The notes under the pieces are model-generated. The model saw nothing but the letters and a program-made list of their open reading frames with translations, ran no database searches and had not been told where the DNA came from. Positions 36,248 to 44,917 of a stretch of DNA of 64,000 nucleotides are shown in pieces. The stretch covers positions 3,872,001-3,936,000 of the forward strand of contig OY762926.1 of NCBI GenBank assembly GCA_963666735.1, read 5' to 3'. The position numbers and the translations under genes were made by a program. The first letter of the stretch is position 1, and each line of letters starts with the position of its first letter. The DNA is from Gemmatimonadota bacterium (GTDB taxonomy: Bacteria; Gemmatimonadota; Gemmatimonadetes; Palauibacterales; Palauibacteraceae).

Positions 36248-37219
36248 GTGACGAGCGGGCGGCCGGCGGCGGTCGTCTTCGGCCTCGTCGTCCTCGCGGC
36301 GACCGTGGCGGGGTGCGGCGCTCCGGGCTCCGAAGCGGGCCCGCCGACCCGAGCGGGTTCGCTCTCCGTCTTCGAGGCCGAACTCTTCTACCAGACGGTC
36401 GGGGTCGGAGAGCCCGTCGTCGTCGTGCACGGCGGGCCGGGCCTCGACCACTCGTACCTTCGTCCGTGGTTCGGACCGCTGGCGGAGACGCACCAGGTCA
36501 TCTTCTACGATCAGCGGGGCCTGGGGGGGTCGAGGGCCGTGGTGAACGCGGCGAGCCTCTCGATGGAGCGCTACCTCACGGATATCGACCGGATCCGCGA
36601 ACACGTCGCGCAACGCGAGAAGGTCACGCTGCTCGCGCACTCATGGGGAGCGATTCCCGCTCTCCTCTACGCGATGGAGCGTCCCGAGCGGCTGGCCGCG
36701 CTCATCCTCGTCGCGCCCGTCGAACCGGGCAGCCGCTTTCGCGAGCAGACCGACGAGAACCAGTTGGCCCGGCGGGACTCGGCCGACCTCGCGGCCATCG
36801 ACTCGATTCGGGGAACGCCGGAGTTCGCGGCGCGGGAGGCAGAGGCCATCAGCCAGGTTTTCTTCCACGTCTTCCGCGGTACGTTCGCGGACGCGGGCGT
36901 GGCGGACCGCCTGCTTCGTCTCTCCCTGCACGAGAGGACGGCGAGCCAGGGCCAGCTCGTCGCGACCCTGCTCATGACACCGCTCCAGGGGCTCGACTTC
37001 TGGGACCGTCTGGGCCAGATCGAGGTCCCGGTGCTCATCGTGCACGGCGCGGAGGATCCGATCCCCACCGAGATGGTGGAGGAGATGAACAGTGCCCTGC
37101 CGAACAGCCGCCTGATTCGGGTCGACGGATCGGGGCATTTTCCGTTCATCGAGAAGCCGGCGCCGTTCTGGGACGGCGTGCGGGAATTTCTTCAGCAGCG
37201 GTTGCGGGAAGGACCGTGA
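36248..37219 (+). CDS. Alpha/beta hydrolase (proline iminopeptidase-like) lipoprotein
   Basis: HGGPG, YDQRG, AHSWG, GAEDP, SGHFP; lipobox VAGC. Confidence 0.88.
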   Translation: MTSGRPAAVVFGLVVLAATVAGCGAPGSEAGPPTRAGSLSVFEAELFYQTVGVGEPVVVVHGGPGLDHSYLRPWFGPLAETHQVIFYDQRGLGGSRAVVNAASLSMERYLTDIDRIREHVAQREKVTLLAHSWGAIPALLYAMERPERLAALILVAPVEPGSRFREQTDENQLARRDSADLAAIDSIRGTPEFAAREAEAISQVFFHVFRGTFADAGVADRLLRLSLHERTASQGQLVATLLMTPLQGLDFWDRLGQIEVPVLIVHGAEDPIPTEMVEEMNSALPNSRLIRVDGSGHFPFIEKPAPFWDGVREFLQQRLREGP

Positions 37220-37953
37220 CCGCGGGCGGCCCGGCGCCGGGCCCGATCCGCGACCCGGCTCCCCTGCGAGGCGCCCTCTCCCGCCTCAATGAAGCGCGGC
37301 TCGCGCCCGAAGGCAGTTTCGCCCGCCTCGCCGCCCTGCTTTCGGGGTTCGAGGAGCTTGCCGCGGTGCTGCCGGGCGAGGACCGCCGGCCCGGGGCGGC
37401 GGGGGCGCTGGCGGAACTCGAAGCGCTTCTGGCCGAACCGGGCGCGGAAACCGGCGCCGCGGCGCTGCGCGGATACCTCGAACCCATCCTCGAACGGCTG
37501 ATCGAGGCTCTGCTCGACCATCCGGAGCGGCGCCTGGCCGCGTACGGGTCCCTCCTACCCGGCGAGAACAACCATCATCACATGGCGACGCTCGTCGGAC
37601 GCTGGGTGGACGGGACGGTGGAGGGCACGCTTCACGACCGAGGCTGGGCGGCGCGGCAGGGCTATCCCGGGTTCGTCCCCGGAACGTCATCCGGCCGCGT
37701 GGGAACTTCCGGCGAGCGCGTGGCGGTGAAGGTGTTCGAAAGTCTCGCGCTCCCCGAGGCGTGGGACCGGCTGGATGCGTTCGAGGGCGCGGCCTACCGG
37801 AGGATCCTCGCCCCCGTGGAGACGAGGGTGGGAACCGGGGCCGGAAGCGAGACCGCGTGGCGGGTCTGCAACATCTACCAACTCACGGACCTCGCGCCCC
37901 GGCCGGCCCGCGCGCCAGATCGCGCTTCGGATCGCGAGAGCGACCCCGCCTGA
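37216..37953 (+). CDS. Gamma-glutamylcyclotransferase (AIG2-like) with N-terminal extension
   Basis: AAYGSLLPGENNHH, GYPG, WDRLDAFEGAAYRR. Confidence 0.8.
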   Translation: MTAGGPAPGPIRDPAPLRGALSRLNEARLAPEGSFARLAALLSGFEELAAVLPGEDRRPGAAGALAELEALLAEPGAETGAAALRGYLEPILERLIEALLDHPERRLAAYGSLLPGENNHHHMATLVGRWVDGTVEGTLHDRGWAARQGYPGFVPGTSSGRVGTSGERVAVKVFESLALPEAWDRLDAFEGAAYRRILAPVETRVGTGAGSETAWRVCNIYQLTDLAPRPARAPDRASDRESDPA

Positions 37954-37974
37954 GCGGCGGCAGGCGGTCGGGTC

Positions 37975-38853
37975 CTACTCGTCGGCCTTCACTTCCTCCC
38001 ACACGGCGTCGAGCGTCGCGAGATCCGCGCCCTTCCACTCGAGGCCGCGGCTCTCCGCCAGTTCGACCATGCGCCGGCAGCGACGTTCGAACTTCTCGAC
38101 CGCGCCGAGAAGCGCGTTGGCCGGGTGGGCGCCGGCCCACCGCGAGGCGTTCACCACCGCGAAGAGCAGGTCCCCCACCTCCTCGACGACCTCCGGGCTC
38201 GCTTCTCCGATCCGGGGCGGCGCGGCCGATCCGGGAGAACCGGACGCGCCTGCCGCGTTTTCGGCGTCTTCGGCGTCTTCGGCGGCTGCCTGCTCGAGTT
38301 CCGCCGTCTCTTCGCGCACCTTCTCCATCGGCCCCGCGAGGTCGGCCCAGTCGAAGCCGAACCCCGCCATCCGCTCCTGCACGCGCGCCGCGCGGCTGAG
38401 CGGATCGAGCCCGGCCGAGACCCCGTCGAAGGGGTCGTCCGGAGACTCGCGTTCCGCCGCCTTGAGCGACTCCCAGTCGGGTGGGGCGTCGGCGTCGCCG
38501 TACACGTGGGGGTGACGGACCTCCATCTTCGCCTCGAGCGCTTCGACGACATCGGTGGCCGCGAAGGCGCCGCGCTCTTCGGCGAGCACGATCTGGAAGG
38601 CGACATTCAGGAGCAGGTCGCCCAGTTCTCCCGAGAGCTCTCGGTCGTCTCCGGCCCGGATCGCGTCCGCGACCTCGTGCGCCTCCTCGAGTAGGTACGG
38701 ACGGAGCGTCTGCGGCGTCTGCTTCGCGTCCCAGGGACAGCGGACGCGCAGGAAGCGGACCAGAGCGAGGGCGCGGGCGAGGGCATCGTCCCCTTCGCGC
38801 GCCTCGTCCGCGTGGAGACGCTCGAGGTCGGCGGCGGCGGTTGGCTCCGGCAT
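37975..38853 (-). CDS. mazG: Nucleoside triphosphate pyrophosphohydrolase MazG
   Basis: CPWDAKQT, EEAHE, ELGDLL, RHPHVYG, GFDW, EEVGDLLF. Confidence 0.93.
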   Translation of the reverse strand: MPEPTAAADLERLHADEAREGDDALARALALVRFLRVRCPWDAKQTPQTLRPYLLEEAHEVADAIRAGDDRELSGELGDLLLNVAFQIVLAEERGAFAATDVVEALEAKMEVRHPHVYGDADAPPDWESLKAAERESPDDPFDGVSAGLDPLSRAARVQERMAGFGFDWADLAGPMEKVREETAELEQAAAEDAEDAENAAGASGSPGSAAPPRIGEASPEVVEEVGDLLFAVVNASRWAGAHPANALLGAVEKFERRCRRMVELAESRGLEWKGADLATLDAVWEEVKADE

Positions 38854-38967
38854 GGTGGCGAAGGTATCACCCGGTGGCAGGACGCCGCTGCATTCGACAG
38901 GTTGCTCACCTCCGGGCCGGCCCCGCCGACGGGCCGACAGGACCTTCTCCCGAACCCCCGGCGACGC

Positions 38968-40140
38968 TTGACCCGCAGCCGCGAAGACCCCCCGCACCGA
39001 GCGTGGCTCGAGGTCGATCTGGCCGCGCTGTCGCGGAACGCCCGGCGCATGGCGAAACATGTGGCCCCCGCCCGCTTCGTCCCCATGGTCAAGGCGGACG
39101 CGTACGGCCTCGGCGCCATCGAGGTCGCCCGCGCCCTGGACCGGCTGGAGCCCTACGCCTTCGGGGTTGCGACGCCGCCGGAAGGGGCGGAACTCCGGCG
39201 GAGCGGGATCGAGCGCCGCATCGTCGTCTTCGCCCCCTCGGCCGCCGCCGAGATCTCCCAGCTTCTCGAGGCGCGGCTCGAGAGCGCGGCGCTGAGCCTG
39301 GCCTCGCTCGCAAAGCTCGAGGCCGGGGCGCGGGCGGCGTCCTCCCGGATGCCCGTCCATCTCGAGGTCGACACCGGCATGGGTCGCGCGGGCCTCCCGG
39401 AGGCCGAGGCCGCGGCGTGGACGCCCGAGGTGGCGGCGATCCTCTCGAGGGGCGGCGTGTCGCTGGCGAGCGTCTACACCCATTTCCATTCCGCCGGCAC
39501 GGATCCGGCCGCGACCTCCCTTCAGTTGACCCGCTTGCGGCGGGCCGCATCGATCCTGGAGGAGGCCGGCGTCGAGGTCCCCTTCCTGCATGCGGCGAAC
39601 AGCGATGCGGCGATGGGAGATGAGCAGTATCATCTGGGGCTCGTCAGACCGGGGATCTACCTGTACGGGGGACGGCGGGGGGCGGGCGCCGCGGGCGCGC
39701 CGGCGGACCCGGAGAGTGTGGCGCGGGTACGCGCGAGGGTCCTGGAAGTTCGTGACCTCGCGCCGGACTCGACCGTCAGCTACGGGGCCACCTACACGAC
39801 GAAGCGCGCCGAACGTCTCGCCACTCTCGGGATCGGGTACGCGGATGGGGTGCCGTGGCGCCTGTCGAACCGGGGACAGGCGCTCATCCGCGGAGTCCGG
39901 ACGCCGATCCGCGGCGGCGTCTGCATGGACGTGACGTCGGTAGACGTTTCCGGCGCGCCGGGTGTCGAAGCTGCGGATGTGGCCACGCTGCTGGGCCGTG
40001 ACGGAGGGGAAGAGATCGCGCTGGCGGACTTCGCGGAGACCGCCGGGACGATCGAATACGAAGTGCTGACGGCGATCGGACGGCGCCTGCCCCGACACTA
40101 CGTGGGCCGGCCGGTCGACGCCGCGGATGGGAGCCGATGA
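38968..40140 (+). CDS. alr: Alanine racemase (start approximate)
   Basis: MVKADAYGLG, VDTGMGRAG, HAANS, VRPGI, GYADG, VCMD, TIEYE. Confidence 0.95.
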   Translation: MTRSREDPPHRAWLEVDLAALSRNARRMAKHVAPARFVPMVKADAYGLGAIEVARALDRLEPYAFGVATPPEGAELRRSGIERRIVVFAPSAAAEISQLLEARLESAALSLASLAKLEAGARAASSRMPVHLEVDTGMGRAGLPEAEAAAWTPEVAAILSRGGVSLASVYTHFHSAGTDPAATSLQLTRLRRAASILEEAGVEVPFLHAANSDAAMGDEQYHLGLVRPGIYLYGGRRGAGAAGAPADPESVARVRARVLEVRDLAPDSTVSYGATYTTKRAERLATLGIGYADGVPWRLSNRGQALIRGVRTPIRGGVCMDVTSVDVSGAPGVEAADVATLLGRDGGEEIALADFAETAGTIEYEVLTAIGRRLPRHYVGRPVDAADGSR

Positions 40141-40583
40141 CGGAGACTCGAGTGACAGCCGGAGAGCCGCTCTCGTGGGAAGATCTCGCCGCCCGCGCGA
40201 GGGTCGCCCGCGAACGGGCGTACGCGCCGTATTCCCGTTTCCGCGTCGGCGCCGCGCTCGAGGCCGATGACGGCCGGGTCTTCGCCGGGTGCAATGTGGA
40301 GAACGCCTCCTACCCGGTGGGGACGTGCGCGGAACGCGTCGCGCTGGGGCACGCGGTCGTTTGGGGGGCGCGCGCCTTCTGCCGCATCGCCATCGCGACG
40401 AGCGGCGCCATCCCGGCCCCGCCGTGCGGCATGTGCCGCCAGGCGCTCGCCGAGTTCGGCCGGGAACTCGAGGTCATGAGCATCGGAACGAACGGGGAGT
40501 CGATCACCTGGCGGTTGCGGGACCTGCTGCCGGCGAACTTCTCGCTCGAGCGGATGGCCGCGCCGGCGGAGACGGGCCCGTGA
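40137..40583 (+). CDS. cdd: Cytidine deaminase
   Basis: AYAPYSRFRVGAA, NVENASY, CAE, PCGMCRQ. Confidence 0.95.
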   Translation: MTETRVTAGEPLSWEDLAARARVARERAYAPYSRFRVGAALEADDGRVFAGCNVENASYPVGTCAERVALGHAVVWGARAFCRIAIATSGAIPAPPCGMCRQALAEFGRELEVMSIGTNGESITWRLRDLLPANFSLERMAAPAETGP

Positions 40584-41812
40584 GCGGACGGGGACTCGCA
40601 GCGCTCGTCACGATGGTCGTCCTGGTCATGCCGGCCGCCTGTGCGGAGGACCCGCTCTCCCTGGGCTCCGAGAAGGTTCCCGGCGCCGGCGTGGAGACGC
40701 GCGACGTCACCATCTCGGCTTCCGAACTGTTGTCCTGGCGGGATACGACGCTGACCGGTTTCGCTCGGCCCTCCACCGCGCCGTTCGTGTATGTCTCCGC
40801 CGAGACGGACGTGTCGAGTCGCGGGCTCGCGCGCTTCGACGTCCCCGACACGGTTCGGACGTTCGTCGACACGCTGCCGGTCGCGAAGTTCGAGGAGGTG
40901 GAGTTCCTGCTTCGCTTCGACACGATCCGCTCCGAGTTCACGACCTTTCCGCTCACAGTCAAACTCGTCGAACTGGGGCAGCGTTTCGCGCCTCATGACG
41001 CGACGTGGGAGGAGGCCGCCGCCGGGGTCCCGTGGGCGGTGCCCGGGGGCGACCTCGGGGTCGAGATCGCGTCGGCGGTGCTGGAGGCGGTCTCGGATAC
41101 GCTCCTCATGACGCCGGCCGTGGCGGAGGATTCGTTGATGAAGGCGTGGCAGCGGACGGACGGGGGCAACGGCTTCGCCATCGTGCTGGACGGCCCGGAA
41201 ACGAAGCTCTGGGTGACGCAGATGGTCCTCCGATACGACCCGACCCTCGTCGGGCGAACCCTTCCGGTACCCCAGTCCCAGTTGTGGGAAGAACACGCGT
41301 TCATCCTGGATCCTCCCCAGCCGCCGACGGGTACGGAGCTTCGCGTCGGCGGTCTCCCCGCCTCGCGCATCTACTTCGAGTTCGTGCCGCCCGGAATTTT
41401 CGGGGAAGCAGCGCTTGAAGGGGCTACGGTCAGCCAGGCCGAAGTCATCCTCCATCCCCTGGCCGCGCCCGATCCGTATGCGGCGGAGCGCAGCATCCAG
41501 GCCCGAAAGATCAGTCTGCTCGCCGACCCGTTCGAGGCCGGTGAAAAGACCCCGATCGGGAGCGGGGATCTGATCGCGACAACGCTCGATCCCGCCAGAC
41601 TCCGCGAGGGTGAGCCGGTTCGCCTCGACATCACGCTCCTGATGGCGCGGGCTGTCCGGGATTCGCTGAGGCGCATCCGGATCGGCTTGCGGGCGGACCC
41701 GGATGCGCAGGCGCTGGGCTACTGGGAGTTCGGCTCCGCCGAGTCGCCGCCGGAATTCCAGCCGCGGGTCCGAATCGTATTCAGTTCGGCGCCCCGCTTC
41801 ACGGTGCCGTGA
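40580..41812 (+). CDS. Hypothetical lipoprotein
   Basis: Lipobox PAAC; GTGA overlap with cdd; beta-rich. Confidence 0.7.
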   Translation: MSGRGLAALVTMVVLVMPAACAEDPLSLGSEKVPGAGVETRDVTISASELLSWRDTTLTGFARPSTAPFVYVSAETDVSSRGLARFDVPDTVRTFVDTLPVAKFEEVEFLLRFDTIRSEFTTFPLTVKLVELGQRFAPHDATWEEAAAGVPWAVPGGDLGVEIASAVLEAVSDTLLMTPAVAEDSLMKAWQRTDGGNGFAIVLDGPETKLWVTQMVLRYDPTLVGRTLPVPQSQLWEEHAFILDPPQPPTGTELRVGGLPASRIYFEFVPPGIFGEAALEGATVSQAEVILHPLAAPDPYAAERSIQARKISLLADPFEAGEKTPIGSGDLIATTLDPARLREGEPVRLDITLLMARAVRDSLRRIRIGLRADPDAQALGYWEFGSAESPPEFQPRVRIVFSSAPRFTVP

Positions 41813-43029
41813 TGCGGACCGTCCGAAGGTTCCGGGGCAGGGTCCGGGGAACGTGCCCGGGATGGGGCCGGGCCGGGTTCGTGCTCGCCGCGCTGGCGGC
41901 CTCGCCCGTTGCCCTCTCCGCCCAGACGCCGCTCACGGCGGTCGGCCTCGGCTATCCCGTCGCGCCCGTGGATGGCCGGTCGGCGGCGCTCGGTGGATCG
42001 GGCTCCGGCCTGCTCGGCGGATCATACAGCCTCACGAATCCGGCCGACCTGCTCCTTCACTCCGAACCCGGCTTCTCGGTCTCGCTGGCCAGCGAGGGTG
42101 TGACGCTGGAGGGCGAGAGCGCGTCGCTCGACACGGGGCGCGGGCGTTTCACGACGATCCGGGCGCTCGTTCCCTACAACGACTGGGCCTTCAGCCTGGC
42201 CTTCGGCGGCGAGTTCGACCAGGACTGGTCCAACATCCTGCAGGACACGCTGCGGCTGAACGATGGTTCGGTTCCCTTCGAGGAGACGCGCGAGCACAAC
42301 GGCGGGATCAGCACGATCGATGCGTCGCTGGCGCGTCGCCTCGGGCCGCTGGGCATCGGGGTCTCGGCGCAGCGGCTGACCGGCTCGCTGCGGCAGTCGT
42401 TCTTCCGTCAGTTCGGCGATCCGATCGGAGGGGCGCCCACGCTCGGCGGCATCGCGGGGGCGAGGGAGCTGTCGTGGCGAGCCTGGCGCTTCAGGGCGGG
42501 TGGATCGATCCGGCTGGGGGACCGCATCGTGGCGGGCGCCGCTCTCGGGACGGGAGGGACGCTGTACGCGACCCCCGAAGGGGCGGACGAGCCCGAGGCG
42601 GAGTTCGACCTGCCGACCTCGATCCAGCTCGGCGGCAGCGTGCGTGTGACGGACCAGATCCTCTTCACCGCTGGCGGCGGCCGGGCCGGGTGGTCGGCCG
42701 TGGGGTCGCGCGACGCGGTGGCCGGCTCCGCGTTCCAATCCCACGACATCGCATGGCTGGGCGGAGGGATCGAATACGGCGCGCTCTCCCTGCTCGGCGG
42801 AAGGCTGCCGCTTCGGGCCGGCTGGCGGAGGACGGGACTCCCGTTCAGCCGGGGTGCGGAAGCGCTCGACGAGTCCGCCTTCACCGGCGGTTTCGGCTGG
42901 GAGTTCCAGGATGGACTGGCAGTATTCGACCTCGCCTTCGAGAGGGGATCGCGCGGCGACGTCGCGGCGGCCGGCTTCGCGGAGAGCTTCCGGCGCGTCA
43001 CGTTCTCCTTCTCCCTCCGCCAGCGCTGA
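41809..43029 (+). CDS. Outer-membrane beta-barrel (FadL/PorV-like)
   Basis: Signal peptide; GRSAALGG, NPA; amphipathic strands and C-terminal VTFSFSL. Confidence 0.7.
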   Translation: MMRTVRRFRGRVRGTCPGWGRAGFVLAALAASPVALSAQTPLTAVGLGYPVAPVDGRSAALGGSGSGLLGGSYSLTNPADLLLHSEPGFSVSLASEGVTLEGESASLDTGRGRFTTIRALVPYNDWAFSLAFGGEFDQDWSNILQDTLRLNDGSVPFEETREHNGGISTIDASLARRLGPLGIGVSAQRLTGSLRQSFFRQFGDPIGGAPTLGGIAGARELSWRAWRFRAGGSIRLGDRIVAGAALGTGGTLYATPEGADEPEAEFDLPTSIQLGGSVRVTDQILFTAGGGRAGWSAVGSRDAVAGSAFQSHDIAWLGGGIEYGALSLLGGRLPLRAGWRRTGLPFSRGAEALDESAFTGGFGWEFQDGLAVFDLAFERGSRGDVAAAGFAESFRRVTFSFSLRQR

Positions 43030-43036
43030 GCCACCC

Positions 43037-44416
43037 GTGGAGACGCCGAAGCTCGTCACCCTGAAGACGCCCGGCGCGGATCGCCCCCGCGGCCCCCGCC
43101 CGCTCGGGGGCCGGGTCTACATCGAGACCTACGGGTGTCAGATGAACATCAACGACACCGAGTTGATGGAGGGGCTGCTCGTCGACGAGGGCTTCGTGAG
43201 CGTGGATGCACCCGAGCGCGCCGATGTGATCCTCGTGAACACCTGCGCGATTCGCGAGCACGCGGAACGGCGCGTTCGGGGCCGGATCGGCGAGTTGCAG
43301 CGCCACCGCAAGCGGCATTCCGGACTCGTGCTCGGGGTGACGGGCTGCATGGCGCAGCGGCTGGGCCCGAGGCTCATCGAGGAGGCGGCGGGCGTGGATC
43401 TGGTGGCCGGACCGGATGCGTACCGCGCCCTCCCGGAACTCATCGGTTCGATTCGGGCGAACGCGATCGAGCGCGGACAGACGCTGCTTGGACTCGACGC
43501 GGAGGAGAACTACGAGGGCGTGGACAGCGTGAGGCGGGAAGGCGTAAGCGCCTGGATCACCGTCCAGCGCGGCTGCGACCACCGCTGCACCTTCTGCATC
43601 GTGCCCTACGTGAGGGGACCCGAGAAGAACCGGACGCCCGAGGCGGTCCTCGCCGAGACCCGGCGCGCCGTGGAGGAGGGGTTCACCGAAGTCGTTCTCC
43701 TCGGACAGACCGTGAATTCGTACGAGTCCGGAGACTGGAACTTCGCGACGCTGCTGCGGGCCGTGAGCCGCGCGGACGGCATCCGCCGCGTGCGTTTCAC
43801 CTCGCCCCATCCCAACGATGTGACGCCGGAACTGCTCGAGGTGATGGCGGGCGAGCCGACGGTCTGCCGCCAGCTCCACCTGCCGGTGCAGTCGGGCTCC
43901 GACCGCGTGCTCAAGCGCATGGTCCGGCGCTACACGAGCGGGGGGTTTCTCGACAAGGTCGAGGCCGTCCGCCGCGAGGTTCCCGGCATCGCGCTCTCCA
44001 CGGATGTGATCGTCGGCTTTCCGGGGGAGAGGGAGGCGGATTTCGAGGCCACGCTGGAGCTGATGCGGGACGTGCGCTTCGACGATGCCTATCTGTACAA
44101 GTACTCGCTGCGCGAAGGGACACCGGCTACGCGCTTCCCGGCTGCGGATTTCGTGCCGCACGAAGTGGGTTCGCAGCGGCTGGAACGCCTGATCGGCGAA
44201 CACCGCGCGATTCAGCGCGAGATCAACGAGTCCGAGGTGGGTTCGCGGCGCGAGGTCCTGATCGAGCGCTCGGCGCGCTCGCCGGGCGATGTGCTCGGCC
44301 GGACGGAGCAGAACAAGGTCGTCGCTTTCCCCGGAGACCCCTGCCGGATCGGCACGTACGCGCAGGTGCGCCTCACGGGGACGACGGGCGCGACCTTCAT
44401 GGGACGGCCCTTCTGA
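43037..44416 (+). CDS. miaB: tRNA-2-methylthio-N6-dimethylallyladenosine synthase
   Basis: ETYGCQMN, NTCAIRE, GCMAQ, CDHRCTFC radical-SAM motif; C-terminal TRAM. Confidence 0.95.
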   Translation: METPKLVTLKTPGADRPRGPRPLGGRVYIETYGCQMNINDTELMEGLLVDEGFVSVDAPERADVILVNTCAIREHAERRVRGRIGELQRHRKRHSGLVLGVTGCMAQRLGPRLIEEAAGVDLVAGPDAYRALPELIGSIRANAIERGQTLLGLDAEENYEGVDSVRREGVSAWITVQRGCDHRCTFCIVPYVRGPEKNRTPEAVLAETRRAVEEGFTEVVLLGQTVNSYESGDWNFATLLRAVSRADGIRRVRFTSPHPNDVTPELLEVMAGEPTVCRQLHLPVQSGSDRVLKRMVRRYTSGGFLDKVEAVRREVPGIALSTDVIVGFPGEREADFEATLELMRDVRFDDAYLYKYSLREGTPATRFPAADFVPHEVGSQRLERLIGEHRAIQREINESEVGSRREVLIERSARSPGDVLGRTEQNKVVAFPGDPCRIGTYAQVRLTGTTGATFMGRPF

Positions 44417-44769
44417 TGCGCTTCGTGATGCGGCTGCTCGCCTTCGTTGTCGTCATCCTCGCCGCGTTCTGGTTTACCGCGAGGAACGCGGGCGAACTCG
44501 TGAACGTCGTGTTGCCTTTCCTTCGCATTCGCGCGTCGCTCCCGCTCGTCGTCTTCGCCTGCATCCTCGGGGGGATGGGCCTCTCGGGCCTGCTCGCCTG
44601 GCGGGCCGAGCGCCGGACCCGGCGCCTGGCGGACCGGGCCGCGTCGGCGCGTCTCGCGCATGAGGCGCCCGCCTCCATGGAGTTCGCGATGGCGGCGGAG
44701 CCCCCGACGGCGGAGCCCCCGGCCCCGCCCGAGCCCCCGGAACGGTCGGAGCCGAGTCCGCTCCTCTGA
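44416..44769 (+). CDS. LapA-like small membrane protein
   Basis: Two TM segments with FTARN...V and PL; TGATG overlap with miaB. Confidence 0.7.
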   Translation: MRFVMRLLAFVVVILAAFWFTARNAGELVNVVLPFLRIRASLPLVVFACILGGMGLSGLLAWRAERRTRRLADRAASARLAHEAPASMEFAMAAEPPTAEPPAPPEPPERSEPSPLL

Positions 44770-44820
44770 CGCTCCGTTGGCGGACGGTTGACGGACGGTT
44801 GACGGACGGTTGATGGTCTC
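44766..44820 (+). repeat. 11-bp tandem repeat TTGACGGACGG in phase with the upstream stop codon
   Basis: Units at 44766, 44777, 44788, 44799, 44810. Confidence 0.85.
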
Positions 44821-44917
44821 TCCGAGCGTAGAGGTGAACTCTGCGCCCGGAGGCTGATCGACGTCCCACTCCCTCTCGCCCCTGCTCCTGACGGCCCTGG
44901 CGCTCGCCGCCGGGGAT

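Noticed and set aside
37975..40098. 707-aa MazG fusion
   Set aside because: The N-terminal part is antisense to alr; MazG homology begins near 38853.
43037..44416. Radical SAM enzyme as maturase for the Cys-rich peptides (sacti/ranthipeptide)
   Set aside because: It is a clear MiaB about 38 kb away in a housekeeping operon, with no SPASM or RRE domain.
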